Assembly (NCBI GenBank): GCA_051294375.1
Contig: CM119270.1
Location: 18,781,546 to 18,845,545 of the forward strand
Source of the DNA: Paraspadella gotoi
Taxonomy: Eukaryota; Animalia; Chaetognatha
Direction: 5' to 3'
DNA: 64,000 nucleotides
Each line of letters starts with the position of its first letter. Positions within the stretch are counted from its first letter, which is position 1. Positions 12,796 to 24,859 of the stretch are shown here, piece after piece. A program made the position numbers and the translations under genes. A model generated the notes under the pieces. The model was not told the origin of the DNA, searched no databases, and was given only the letters and a program-made list of their open reading frames with translations.

Positions 12796-15700
12796 CCAAA
12801 AAAAAAAAAAAAAAAAACAACCAGATAAAAATTAGAAACAAAAAAGCAATCTCCAATACAGCTGGAGAGAAAGCATTAGAGAGAGATAGAAAGAGAGAAG
12901 AGAGGAGAGAGAGGAGAGCATTCACAATCAATTGCCACCCCTCGCGGAAGAGGAAAGTTTCCGGTCCCTAATTAGGAATTCGATTAAAACTGAAAAAAAA
13001 AAATATTACAAACACAAACAAAAAGTATTATTGATTTTTTTTTTTCTTGTTCTTGTTTTTTTTTCGTCGGCACGTCAACTGCAGGACTTCGTCTCTTCCT
13101 CTCTTGCTTGCTGTTGTAATCGATTTTTTCCCCGCATTACATTAAAAATTGTAATTTGTTATTGCAAATAAAATCGTCATAAAAAAAAATTAGCCTTGAG
13201 AAAATTAGCAATCTTTTATTTTTCACTACTAAATTGGCGCCGAGGAGAAGAAGGAAAGTGGAAGAGATAGGAGAGCGATCTCGGCCGAGCGAGGAAATAT
13301 TAATCATTAATAGTGGAGACTGGACTTTATAGAGGAGGCTGTGGGTTCGAATGCTACCGCTGCCACCACATTAAAGGAAAAAACTCATACGCATCTTCTC
13401 TAAGACCGAAACATACTCTGTAGTCTGTATTTTTCAGATATACGAGATATTGGACTCGTTTCGTGGTAGCGTGCACTGCGAGTCTCATGCGTCGAGTCCT
13501 GAGTCAATGCCTTACCCTGAAACTATAAACAAGCTAGGTCTATTCTTCAACTACGCAAGATCCATGGCATCAGGCAGGCTCCTAAAGCGTGCCACATACT
13601 CTTCTCACTGTTCTCTCTCTGCTTCGCATATTATGCTTGATTAGGCGAAATAGATTCACAAATAACAATCCTTCTCGTGTTCTAAAATAAACATTTTTAT
13701 TTTCTCAAGATCTGGAATCATTGTTTTTCCTATATAGGTCTCAAGATATCAAAAAACATGAACAATTTGACGCCAACTACAAACTTCACCATGCCGCCCC
13801 CTTCCTTCTCCTTCCCCATTCGTCTTTACGCTCCATTCCCCACTGTCCGTGCCGTGTCCCGCCCTCTCGTTACCTCCTCCTCTTTCCTACCCCTGGCTTC
13901 GCTCCTCTCATTTCTTGCCTCGTCTCTCCCCCCTTTCCTCTCCTTTTCCCTCCCGTTTCTCCTCCTCCCCCCTTCCTACTCCTTCCCACCCTTTTCTTCC
14001 TCCTGCCGGTCACTTCCTCTTCCCCTCTCTTGCCTCCTGAACCCCTTTTCCTCTTCACTGCGATCTCATATCTTTCCTCACGCCCTCCCCTTACGCTATT
14101 CCCTCTACCTTGAGCCCCCGCCATAAAGCTTATTCTCCTCCTCGGATCCCCTTCCTTCTTCCCTCCCCCCTTTCTCTCCTCACTTACCGCGACCGCCATC
14201 CTCTGCTCTAACACTCTCCCTTGTCTCTTCCTCTTTCCTCCTCCCCCTTCCTCTTCTCCTGCTCTCCTCCATCCCCCTTGGCCTCTCATCTCGCGCCCTT
14301 GTTACGTACGCTCTTCTCCCTTTCCTCTTCCTCCTCCCTCTCCCTCTTTCCTCCTCCCTCTCCTCTGTCTCTCTCCTTCCAATCCACCCATTCTATATTA
14401 TTCCCACTTGTTCGTATCGTCATCCTCCTTCTTCCTCCGCGCTTCTTCTCCTCTCTCCTCCTCCTCCTTCGCGTCTGCCACGGCGACGTGCCCCGGATGT
14501 CTTCGTCGACGGCCACCGTCGCCGAAGGGGCGTCGTCGTGGGGTTCCTCTCCTTCTTCGTGTCCGTCTGTCTCGTCTCGGCAGATTCCAGCTCGTTCCTG
14601 CGCTGCGGGGCCTGTCGGCCGCCGATGACTGCGGTCGGAGCGTAGTCCGCCGGCCTGCCATCGCCCTCCTGCGCCGACCCAGCACCACGATGCCGTTGAG
14701 GTATGGAGTGAATGATTGTAGTTTGCGCTGAGGCGACGCTCTCGGTGGCGAATTGGCGGGGCCGGGGCGGTGTCGGTGTTGCTGGATCTTCTACTCTGTG
14801 AGCAAGAAGGGTTGAGAAGAGGAAGAGGAAGATGGAAAATTATGGGAAGCGTGTGGTGGCAACTCTTACTCTCGCTTTTTATCATAAACGCTGCTATGAA
14901 GGCTTGAAATGAAGCCGAAACATGTCTGTTTTTGAATTAAATAAAAGTCCTTGTTGTCAAAACTAAACTCAAACTGTCTCTAATCGTCCCAAACAACGAA
15001 AAGAAAGGATTTATATCACTAATATAATAAAATATTAATATTTTGAATGGTGTAGAATAAATTATAAAAATTTCCGTTATCCACCTTTCAAAATTCACCC
15101 ACAACATCTCTCACTCACTCACGGCCGTACTTCACCTCAACTCCTCACTTCCTCGAAGTCAACTCCTACCCACTTCACTCGTTTCTTCCTGGAAGAGCCC
15201 CGAGTGAACTCGCGATGATCGCTCTGAGCGCCTTCTCACGCCCGGGCGAGAGGCGGACCGACGGATCTCGGGTGGGTCGAGGCGTGGCGTGCTGCTGCGT
15301 TGCTGTGGGCGCCTGGCGCGCTGCTGAGCTGGAACAGTCTCTTCGATGGAAGGGGGAGGAAATGAAAATGTGCGTTGCGGGAGGCGATGGATGAAGAAAG
15401 AGGGAATGAATTCAAGGCCGTTGAAAGCGGCGGGCGTCTGCTGCGGCCGATGAAACACTTTTCTTTTTCAAGTATCACAAGATATCGCATTTTCACAATG
15501 CAGAATTTAAATTGAATTAAATTTAAAATGAGAAGTAGAAATTGATGGACTTGTTGCGGTCTCTCTAGAGAGAGAGAGGAGATAGGAGAGAAGAGAAGAG
15601 GAGAGTGATCGTTTGATGGTTATTTTTGAAAGAAGAGATGATCTGATTATTTTGGGTGTGTGACACTTAATCTATAAAAAACTTTTTTCAGAGAGAGAAG

Positions 15701-16060
15701 AACTATGAGAGGAGAGAGAGAGAAGGACTTATTAACCATCGTCATCTCAAATATTTATGAGCCTCTACTGTTATCTTTCCTTCTGCTCGTTCCGCAAACC
15801 TTACCGATATTTTTCACCCCATTTACCTCAAAATACACAACCCATACTCCATGCCTCCATCGACCAACCACTCTCTTTTATCATCTACAAACCTCTGAGG
15901 GAATCGTGTCTACGACCGCGAAGTCCGGACATACGCCTCCAACCTGGATCTTGAGATCTTGACTCTCTTCTTTGCTCCATCGTAGCACCGCCCACACCGG
16001 CTCTCACGTCATATCTATCCCTCTTCTCTCCGTTCCATCGAGGGCTCTCTTCGCTTATGA
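12796..16060 (-). pseudogene. Degraded second copy of the importin-alpha 3' end (exons 8-10 plus 3' flank); probably an uncorrected-read duplication
   Basis: Colinear with 16731-19450. Exon remnants at about 14390-14780, 15180-15340 and 15890-16040, with dense random indels. Follows a 25-N gap (12712-12736). Confidence 0.75.
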
Positions 16061-16806
16061 TCATGCGCTCGTCTCTCTTTCTTTCTCCTAGGCCTCATGC
16101 TCCTGTTCTAACTCGCTCTCGTCTCTCACTCTCTCTCCTCTCTCTCCGCTTCGTCTCCGAGGTCTCATCTCATGCTCCACTGCATGACTCACGGCTATGT
16201 TGTCCTGGTTGTGGTATATGGGAATGGTTCTTATTGCACTATCAATCGCATCAATGCAATGACAATAATTGGCGTGGGTGAAAAATGACAAGAGAGAATG
16301 GAATGACAACAAAATCATCGCGAGTCACTGCTGGAAGAATGACATATAATCACAGCACAGGAGAGAATAATATGACTGAGATACATCGGCGGAATCAATA
16401 ATTGATTTGAAGGATCATCGAAGATCAGAAAGTGAAGCAATGCAATGAGGACCGATCCGACGATGTGACGATCCAGAAATAAGAAGATTAACTATTCACA
16501 TCAATCAATTAGTATTATACTCAATCAAATATACTTAGTACAATCAAACATTCGTTTATATTCGAGTCGTGATGAGGAGAATGGAAGATCATGATCGGGT
16601 TTTTTCACGAGGATTTTTTTCATAATATTTGCAAGTCGGATTTGATAATTACTAGTGGGGCTCTCTGACGGCATTGGCTTCGATCTTAGGTAGTACTTCT
16701 TAAAGAAGTTGTTATACATTTTATGGTCGTCCAAAAAAAAAAAAAAAAACAACCAAGAGAAAAATAGAAAACAAAAAAGCAATCTCCAATAACAGGAGAG
16801 AAAGAT

Positions 16807-16842
<36 letters not shown>

Positions 16843-17222
16843 CATTCACAATCATTGCCACCCTCGCGGAAGAGAAAGTTTCCGGTCGTGATTAGAATTC
16901 GATAAAACTGAAAAAAAAATATTACAAACACAAACAAAAAGTATTATTGATTTTTTTTCGTCTGTTTTTTTTTCGTCGGCGTCAACTGAGACGTCGTCTC
17001 TTCCTCTCTTGTGCTGTTGTAATCGAGTTTTTTCCCGCATTACAATAAATTGTAATTTGTATGCAATAAAATCGTCATAAAAAAAAATTAGCTGAGAAAA
17101 TTAGCAATCTTTTATTTTTCACGACTAAATTGGCGCCGAGGGAGAAAGTGGAAGAGAATAGGAGAGCAGATCTCGGCGAGCGAGGAAATATAAATAATAA
17201 TAGTGGAGACTGGAACTTTAGA

Positions 17223-17256
17223 GGAGGCGTGGGTTCGAATGCTACCGCTGCCACCA
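17223..17256 (+). pseudogene. tRNA-Leu 3'-half fragment ending in encoded CCA (duplicate at 13334-13368)
   Basis: GGAGGCGTGGGTTCGAATGCTACCGCTGCCA+CCA closely matches the metazoan tRNA-Leu 3' half as recalled (GGAGGCGTGGGTTCGAATCCCACCGCTGCCA). No intact cloverleaf. Confidence 0.6.
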
Positions 17257-18063
17257 CATTAAAGGAAAAAACTCATGAATTTCTAAGACGAAACCAAGTG
17301 GTTAGTTGTATTTTCAGATAAAGAGATATGACGTTGAGACGCGAGCAGGAGTCTGATCAATGCTACTGAACTATAAACAAGCTAGGTCTATTTATAACAA
17401 GAAGAATGGATCAGGAGCAAGGGCAAATTTTACAGTTCCATCTGGCTCGCAAGCTGATTGGCCGAAAATGATTCCATGCCGACCAATCATCCTTCGTAAA
17501 ATAAAACATTTTTTTCAAGACGGAATCATTTTTAATTCAAGATCGAAATTGACAATTGACGCCAACTAAATTCACCCATGCCGCCCCTCCTCTCCTTCCG
17601 CCCCTTTCTTCCTCTCCCCCTTCGCTCTTCCCCTCTCGTTCCTCCTTCCTCTTTCCTCTCCTCCCTCTCTCATTGTCTTCCTCCTCCCCCCTCCTCTCCT
17701 TCCCTTTCTTCCTCCCTCCCCTTCTCTCCTTCCCCTTTTCTCTCCTCCCCCCCTTCCTCTTCCCCTCTCTTCCTGCCTCCCCTTTCCTCTCCTCATCTCA
17801 TTTTCTTCCTCCTGCCCCCTCTTCCTCTCCATCTCCCGCCTTTCTTCTCGCATCTCCCCTTTCGCTCTCCCTGTACCTCCCCCCTTTCTTCCTCCTCCCG
17901 CCCTCCTCTCCTCCTCTCACTTTCTTCTTCCTCTTCGCTTCGGCCCCCCATCCTCTTCTCCTCTCACTTCCTCCCCGGCCTTTCCTCTCCATCTCCCCTT
18001 TCTTCTCCTCACCCCCCTTCCTGCTCGCTCCCTTATCTCGCTCGCTCCCCCCTTCCTCCTCTC

Positions 18064-18403
18064 CTAATCCAACCATCTATTCGCCAATGTCGTCTTCTTC
18101 CTCGTCTCTTCCTCGTCCTCTTCCTCCTCCTCCTCCGCCGTCTGCCCCGAGTCCTCGATGTCTTCGTCGACGGCCACCGTCGCCGAAGGGGCGTCGTCGT
18201 CCTCTTCGTCGTCGTCGTCTTCGGCAGATCCAGCTGCTGCTGCGGCGGCGGCGGCCGAGACTGCGGTCGGAGGCGATCCGCCGGCCGCCATCGCCGCCGC
18301 CGACCCCAGCACCACGATGGCGTTGAGGATGGAGTGAGATGATGTAGTTGCGCTGGAGGCGACGCTCTCGGGGGAATTGGCGGGGGCGGGGCGGTGGGTG
18401 TTG
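18064..18403 (-). CDS. Importin-alpha terminal exon: Ala/Ser-rich then acidic tail
   Basis: ttccacag| phase 2. NTHRPAPANSPESVASSA..ILNAIVVLG..AAAAAAAAGSAEDDDDEEDDD...EEEEEEDEEE. Codon usage is GC3-rich like the other exons. Confidence 0.6.
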
Positions 18404-18752
18404 CTGTGGAAAGAAGGGGAGAAGAGGAAGAGGAAGAGGAAAATTATGGGAAGGTTGGTGGCAACTTTACTCTCGCTTTTTATCATAAACGCTGATGAAG
18501 GCTTGAAATGAAGCCGAAACATGTCTGTTTTTGAATTAAATAAAATCGTTGTCAAAACTAAACTCAAACTGTCTCTAATCGTCCCAAACAACGAAAAGAA
18601 AGGATTTATATCACAATATCATAAATATTATATTTTGAATAGAATAATTATAAATTCCGTTATCCACCCTTTCAAAATTCACCCACAACATCCATCACTC
18701 ACCACCCTACTTCACAATCCTCACTTCCTCGAAGTCAACTCTCACCACTCAC

Positions 18753-18890
18753 TTTCTCCGGAAGAGCGTGAACCGGGAGGCGGCCTGAGCGCCTCTCACG
18801 CCGGCGAAGCGGACCGAGGATCTCGGGTGGGTCGAGGCGTGGGTGCTGTGGTTGCTGTGGGCGCCTGGCGCGCTGCTGAGCTGGAACAGT
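18753..18890 (-). CDS. Importin-alpha exon 9 (divergent)
   Basis: aagcag|A CTG TTC CAG gives LFQLSSAPGAHSNHSTHASTHPRSSVRFAGVRGAQAASRFTLFRR, then |gtgagt. 138 bp, phase 2-2. Confidence 0.6.
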
Positions 18891-19107
18891 CTGCTTCGAT
18901 GGAGGGGGGGAATGAAAATGTGGTTGCGGGGAGGGATGGAGAGAAAGAGGGAATGAATTAAGGCCGTTGAAAGCGGGCGCGTCTGCTGCGGCCGATGAAC
19001 ACTTTTCTTTTTTCAAGTATCACAAGATATCGCATTTTCACAATGCAGAATTTAAATTGAATTAAATTAAAATTGAGAAGTAGAAATTGATGGACTTTTG
19101 GTCTCTC

Positions 19108-19150
<43 letters not shown>

Positions 19151-19316
19151 AGAGAAGAGAGAAATTGACTTGTTTATAACGCAGTCATGCTCTAAGATAT
19201 AGCTATACTTGGTTTGTTCTTTCGATATGTTCTCTAGTCGGGCAGCGGTGAAGTTTTCCACCCCAACTCGTCAAGCCCCCCATGCTCCAAGCCTCCGACC
19301 CACTCCATCTACAAAC

Positions 19317-19483
19317 CTGGGATCGCATCCCCATCTCGGACAACGCCTCCAAACTGATCTTGAGTCCCTCTCTTGGCCACGTTGAGCACCGCCGCACCCG
19401 GCCTCAACGTCAAACACCCTTCGTCGCGAGGCGTCTGCATGAAGAGCGATGAGGACGGGGAAGATGCCCGCGCTGAGGACAGC
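19317..19483 (-). CDS. Importin-alpha exon 8 (ARM8; frameshifted as assembled)
   Basis: AVLSAGIFPVLIAL... then AAVLNVAKRGTQDQ in a shifted frame. cacccag| and |gtttgt boundaries. Confidence 0.8.
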
Positions 19484-19544
19484 CTGGGTGTGGTTGGGGT
19501 AAGGAATGGGATGGGGGAGGAAAGAGAGAGAGAGAGAGAAGAGA

Positions 19545-19582
<38 letters not shown>

Positions 19583-19852
19583 GAGAGAGAGAAAGGAGAG
19601 AGAGAATAAGAACGCAAGACCTAATGAAGTGAAATTATGTTCGATTACCCGCGTTTGACAAACGCCGGTTCCATCGAAGCTTGAAAAATCACTCATTCTC
19701 ACATATTTTTCGCGCACACACACAGACACACACACAACACACACACACAACACACAAACAAACAACATATAAAACATACGCCCACGCGCCTTCTTTTTTC
19801 CACTCTTTACTTTTTTTCTTTTTTATTTTATCTTAATGCCCTCCTCCCACGC

Positions 19853-20126
19853 TCTGCCTACCGTGCCCACAAAACCGCTGCCCACACCCCCGCCGCCGTT
19901 GCCCACAAACCGGCAGCCCACACACGGCGCCGCCGTTGCCACAAACCCGCTCCCACACATTCGCCGTGCGTTGCCGCACAAACCGCTGCCCACACACCGC
20001 GTCACCGTGTGCGCGCACAAACCGCTGCCCACACCCCTGCCCAGTTGCCACAAAAACCGCTGCCACACACCCGCCGCCGTTGCCCACAAACCCCTGCCCA
20101 CACCACCCGCCGCCGTTGGCCCACAA
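19853..20126. repeat. ~40-bp GC-rich minisatellite (about 7 copies) at the 5' end of importin intron 7
   Basis: TGCCCACAAACCGCTGCCCACAC...GCCGCCGT units. Confidence 0.85.
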
Positions 20127-20136
20127 AAAAAATAAC

Positions 20137-20262
20137 CTGGATCTGCTCGGCGCTTCCGGCAGTGACGTTGGAGACGGCGCGACAGGCGTCCTTCCGCACG
20201 TGTTCGTCGTCGTTGAGGAGAAGTTGGAGGAGAGCGGGGAGACCGTTGTTGTCGATCACGAT
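20137..20262 (-). CDS. Importin-alpha exon 7 (ARM7)
   Basis: IVIDNNGLPALLQLLLNDDEHVRKDACRAVSNVTAGSAEQIQ. 126 bp; acceptor gccaag|. Confidence 0.92.
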
Positions 20263-20785
20263 CTTGGCGGGAGGGGGGGGTGGAGAAGAAGAATATAAAT
20301 AAACTAAATAAAGGAGGAATGAATAAACATACAGGATTGTATAAACATAAAAGATAAAAAATATTCAAAAGAGAAATGATTAAAATGTTGGAATAAAGAA
20401 GAAATAATATAATTTTCATTCAAGTAGTTTAAAATTATATTCATGATATAAAGATGCCCCTATAGACCTTTCCCCAGTATGTATCCCTATCAGAACATAC
20501 GATTCTACATGGTAGTCTTATCCCTATTGTTAAAAATATCATATATAACGTTGGTCACCCCTCAAAAAATTATCCATTCCTACCCCTTTCAGTTCAGCCT
20601 CTTAGCTATTATGATTTTTCATTAATGACTTTCTAACAAGAATGATGTGTGATCTATATAATCTATACAAAAATAAGCTTTAGAAAATGCAATTTAAATC
20701 ATAAATAGAAAATACAGTAATCAACTAATCTTAAAAAACAAAACAAAAAAAAAAGCAAAAACAAAAGCAAAAGTGGTGGTGAGAC

Positions 20786-20989
20786 CTGCGTTTGAAAGTC
20801 ATCCCCTAACAAAATGTTGCCGACGGCCCTTAGCGCCGATGCAACGACCATCTTGGAGGGATGCTCCATGAGCTGGACGAGCCGACCCACGACTCCGCTG
20901 TTGATCACGCTCTGGATCTTCTCGTGAGTCCCGTCCGACAAATTGGCGAAGGCGAAACACGTGTCTCGGAGGATCTCTTTGTCCTGAGC
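20786..20989 (-). CDS. Importin-alpha exon 6 (ARM5-6)
   Basis: AQDKEILRDTCFAFANLSDGTHEKIQSVINSGVVGRLVQLMEHPSKMVVASALRAVGNILLGDDFQTQ. 204 bp. Confidence 0.93.
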
Positions 20990-21354
20990 CTAAGAATGGG
21001 TGAGAGAACAGCTTTGTCCTAAGTTCGGATGGGGTGAGAGAAAATCTTAGTCCTTAGCCTGAGTGGGGTCAGAAAACAGCTTTGTCCTAAGACCGAAAGT
21101 TCGCGTCATTCCACGAACCAAAAAAAATCGTTATCTGTACCATTGAGGCTCGATCCTGCTACCACAATACTCATGAGGAGTCGGCATTACTCAATGAGCC
21201 ACCGGGTGACATGCTTATAGGGGGGGTGAACATATTGCAATGCCCGACTACATATTAAATAAAACAACAACAATAATAGCAACAAAGGAATAAAGCAATA
21301 CTTTCAGACAATTAAACTGCCAACGAGAAATCCCATCCCCACTTTTTTATTTAC

Positions 21355-21519
21355 CTGCAACATTCGAGCCAACACCGGCAGACTCGGCAGGAGAGAGGCA
21401 AAGTTCGGCGGCGGACCCGGCCGGCCCCGGCAAAGGTTGGACAGGCACCAAACGCTGAGTCTCACCGCCTGAAGATTGAGAACGTGAGTCACGTTCTCTT
21501 GACGCTTGAAACGGGTCTC
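21355..21519 (-). CDS. Importin-alpha exon 5 (ARM4)
   Basis: ...AVRLSVWCLSNLCRGRPGPPPNFASLLPSLPVLARMLQ, matching W.LSNLCRG..PPP.F. 165 bp. Confidence 0.93.
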
Positions 21520-22408
21520 CTGTGAGAGAGGGGTGGGATTTGTAGGAGAGGTTGGGGGAGAGAGATTGGGGGGGAGAGATGACAAGTTTGAGGGAAAAAA
21601 AGATAAGTGATAGACTCATTCTAAGAAATGTAAAGGAGTACACTATGAGATATCTTGTAAGAGTGATTGAGGCCTTAAACCACCAAAGCATGTGCAAAGT
21701 CAGGGGCAAGATAGCTTATTTATCAAATAAATGGATACTTTTTATATTGGTTGTACCAATTTCATAAGATCAGAATATGGAAGAAAAGAGGAACGAAAAA
21801 AAATTGGAAAAAGAAAAGAAAAACAAGGAAATATAAAAAAACAAATTAAAGGGAAAAAAGACGAGACAGAATCTTTTGTTTGTTTCCGAACGACGAATGA
21901 CGGATGAGGCCGACAGGAGGCAGCGGCGGCGGCGTCGTCTCCAAACAAAAGAGCAGAATGAGGAACGACGTCGAAGAAGAAGAAGAAAGAAAAAAAAAGA
22001 AGAAGAAACTCGTCAAAAACTGTTTTGTCTCCAGGACGAGGCAATAATTACTTTTCCGCTTTCACTTTTGTCTCGGAGACTGACGACACCTCGTTTGCTT
22101 TAATTTCGTTTAGACATCTTTCCGCCTTTTCTTAAAACCAAATCACCCTCAGTTCAGTCTCAGACCGACCGACTTTTTTCACCATTTTATTTTTATCACT
22201 TTTTAGCTTTTTTTTAAAAAAAAAACCCAATATAGTCTGATAGAACAAATGACTTGCTTGTAAGTAATTCGCTAAGTCGTTAATATTGTTTATATTGTTA
22301 TATTGTTAATATTGTTTATATTGAAACTGTTTGTAAACAAAATACAAATTTTCTTCCTCGAACAAATGTATGATTTATAATTATTGTTCAGTATCAAAAA
22401 CTTTATAT

Positions 22409-22620
22409 TATGGCAACGGGAGGATAGCCTGTGATACCCGGGCGCGGGTATCTCACCAACTGGCGTAGGGGCTGCGGACCCTCAGTGACCGCCTCCTGTC
22501 ACTGGCATGTTTATACCGGCACCGTCAACATTTAAGCCAGAACCGGGATACCCAGGGATTGAACCCGGGACGCACGGATGGAATGAGATGATTTAGCCTG
22601 GCTCAGCCATTGAAGACGAG
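22409..22620 (-). mobile_element. tRNA-derived SINE (copy 2, importin intron 4)
   Basis: Minus-strand A-box TGGCTGAGCCAGG and B-box GGTTCAATCCC. Body shared with copies at 7414, 23765 and 25366. Confidence 0.7.
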
Positions 22621-22815
22621 GCTGAGACGGACAGCAGTGAGGCAGCTTTAAGTCTTGCTGCCACAATATGAATAAAACACCTCACTATCGTAACTTTTTT
22701 GCAACCACGTAACACCGCGCTAAAAAACGAGTTTTAGCGTTAAAATATTATACAAACAAGTGATTGACAAAGACACCAGGACAAAACCCTTGCAATCCAT
22801 TGCCCGTTCGCCCAC

Positions 22816-22917
22816 CTGACTGATGAGATGCAGCAATGGCGCCAGAACGCCGTTTTGCAATACGAGATCTCTTCTGGAAGGCCCGTCGCCGGCAATGTTG
22901 CCAAGGATCCAAACGCT
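22816..22917 (-). CDS. Importin-alpha exon 4 (ARM3)
   Basis: SVWILGNIAGDGPSRRDLVLQNGVLAPLLHLISQ contains the hallmark WxLGNIAGD. 102 bp, phase 0-0. Confidence 0.93.
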
Positions 22918-22974
22918 CTGCCAAAATATGAAACAATTTGGACGAGATTCGAGGTCTCTATCTCCTCTTCTCTC

Positions 22975-23007
<33 letters not shown>

Positions 23008-23353
23008 CTCTCTCTCCCTCTCTCTTCTCTCTCTCTTCAAGAACCGCTACTTGCCTTTTACTCAGAGAATTGGTTTTTAAAATGCCATTGTCCTCACGGA
23101 ATACATTACGACTAAGCAAAAAACTTAACAAAGAAAACTTCCCTTTGACTTTCTCGAGAAGAATAAATAAGATGAAAGATAATGGAAAAGTATATATATT
23201 TTAAATATTGTTCTCCGGCCATAACTCTTTTCTGTCTTTCTCTTCCCTCTCCCCTACCCCCCTTCTTCACTCTCTCTTCTTCTTCCCCATTCTCCCGCTA
23301 TCTCCCCTGACCCCAGCCCGCCCTGCCCGCTCTCTCTCTCTTCTCCTCTCTCG

Positions 23354-23388
<35 letters not shown>

Positions 23389-23414
23389 CTCTCTCTACTC
23401 TCTCTCTCTCTCAC

Positions 23415-23660
23415 CTGCAACCCTCATATCCTCGTTGGCCTCGTTGGCCAAATGTCTGACGAGAATGGGACCAACCCTTCGGTGATCAACACCCCGTCAG
23501 AGTCGTCGACGTCGCCGTCATGCTTGGTCACGATCCAGGCGGCGTTTGAGCAACGCCTCCTTGGCGTCCTTTGCAGTCGGCTCGGGCGGCGTCGCTGGCG
23601 CCAGAGTTGGAGGCGACGGAAGTGGCGGAGGCGCCTTCGCCGTTGCGACTCACGCCGTAG
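23415..23660 (-). CDS. Importin-alpha exon 3 (ARM2; frameshifted as assembled)
   Basis: After indel correction reads ..EALLNAAWIVTNMTATSTTLTGVLITEGLVPILVRHLANEANEDMRLQ, equivalent to QFEAAWALTNIASG. ttcttcag| and |gtgaga boundaries. Confidence 0.75.
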
Positions 23661-23764
23661 CTGAAGAAGAAGTCGGAGGTGACGTCGACAACAACGACGA
23701 AAAGAACAACAACAACAACAACAACAATTCGCCTCCCGTACAGCTTGGTGACACTCAGCTTGTC

Positions 23765-23949
23765 CCATTGGCTTGGACAGCTAAGTACTCGTTCAGCAAC
23801 CCTGAGTTCCGGTTTCAATCCCCTCATGGTCACGCTGTTGTGACAGAGTCGGCATAAACACGCCAGTGACATGGCGTGGTCACTGTGGGTACAAATCCCT
23901 GATCGCCAGATGTCGGCAGATTCCTCACACACGTCTCCCCGTTGCCATA
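23765..23949 (+). mobile_element. tRNA-derived SINE (copy 3, importin intron 2)
   Basis: CCATTGGCTTGG...GGTTTCAATCCC...GCCAGTGACATGGCGTGGTCACTG...CCCGTTGCCATA, same family in opposite orientation to 22409-22620. Confidence 0.6.
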
Positions 23950-24302
23950 CAACGTTATTTCGTAAGCTCATAAGTCAAACGAAAGTTCTATAAATAAATC
24001 TGAACGTTTTAATCTTTTTTAGACTAGAAATCTTTTCTCGACCAACGAAAACAGTTAGACAATCTAAAAAATATGTTCTCGAGAACTTTCTTTATAGCCC
24101 AACCCGATGCACAAACAGGAAACCATTTAGACCCTTTCAATACACTATAAAAGTCATGAAAGCTTCCTCACCAATCTTAAGAGGTTCACTTAACTTCAAA
24201 ATTCCACAAACTCTTATAAAACCTAAAACTTCACGAAAACTTCCAAACCACGAATATCCGCAAACCCCTTCTACAGCCACCTTAACGCCTCTCCCTCCAT
24301 AC

Positions 24303-24546
24303 CCCATGATCTCCACCAATTTCGCGACCACATTTCGTGGGATAAAGTCGAACGATTCCTCAGCAGCCAAGCGAACGACGATGGCCTTCAGCGCCACGAC
24401 AGCCGCAGCCCGACGCTTTAGATCCGCGGAGAAGAGATCTTCCACGAGCTCGTCGGGCACGGCGGGCGGCGGACGAGCGGGCGGAGACCGGGAGACGGCG
24501 TAAGGGACGCGGGCAAAGCCTGACCCGTCTGTCGAGGCTGGGGCGT
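24303..24546 (-). CDS. Importin-alpha exon 2 (ARM1-like)
   Basis: ...VPDELVEDLFSADLKRRAAAVVALKAIVVRLAAEESFDFIPRNVVAKLVEIMG. tgcaag| and |gtatgg boundaries; phase 1 to 2. Confidence 0.75.
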
Positions 24547-24859
24547 CTTGCAAAAGGTGGGAAGGCAGGGTTGGGTGGGTTGGGGTAAGTTGTTTTATTT
24601 TATTAAATGCTTTTTTTTAGTATTTTTGTGTAAGTTGACCTTTTGTTTTGTTTATCCGAGACTCGTGCAAATAGAAAAACAAGATTGCCTCCGGATAAAA
24701 ATGACAAAAATTATACATCAGCGGAGAATTAGATTAATGAACAACATCGAAAGTGAACTAGGCTCATTCTTTCTCCCCAATGATGTGGATGTTTGATGTA
24801 GTTGTCTCTATGGACGCCACCATCATTCGTTTCTCCCCAATGATGAAGTCGTCCCTCAC

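Noticed and set aside
16260-16730. Unique-looking sequence between the importin 3' copies
   Set aside because: No ORF, splice signature or repeat structure; it resembles low-quality read sequence.
19317-23660. Programmed frameshifting or RNA editing to explain broken importin and msn exons
   Set aside because: Indels are scattered, lack slippery motifs and match the error pattern seen between duplicated blocks.
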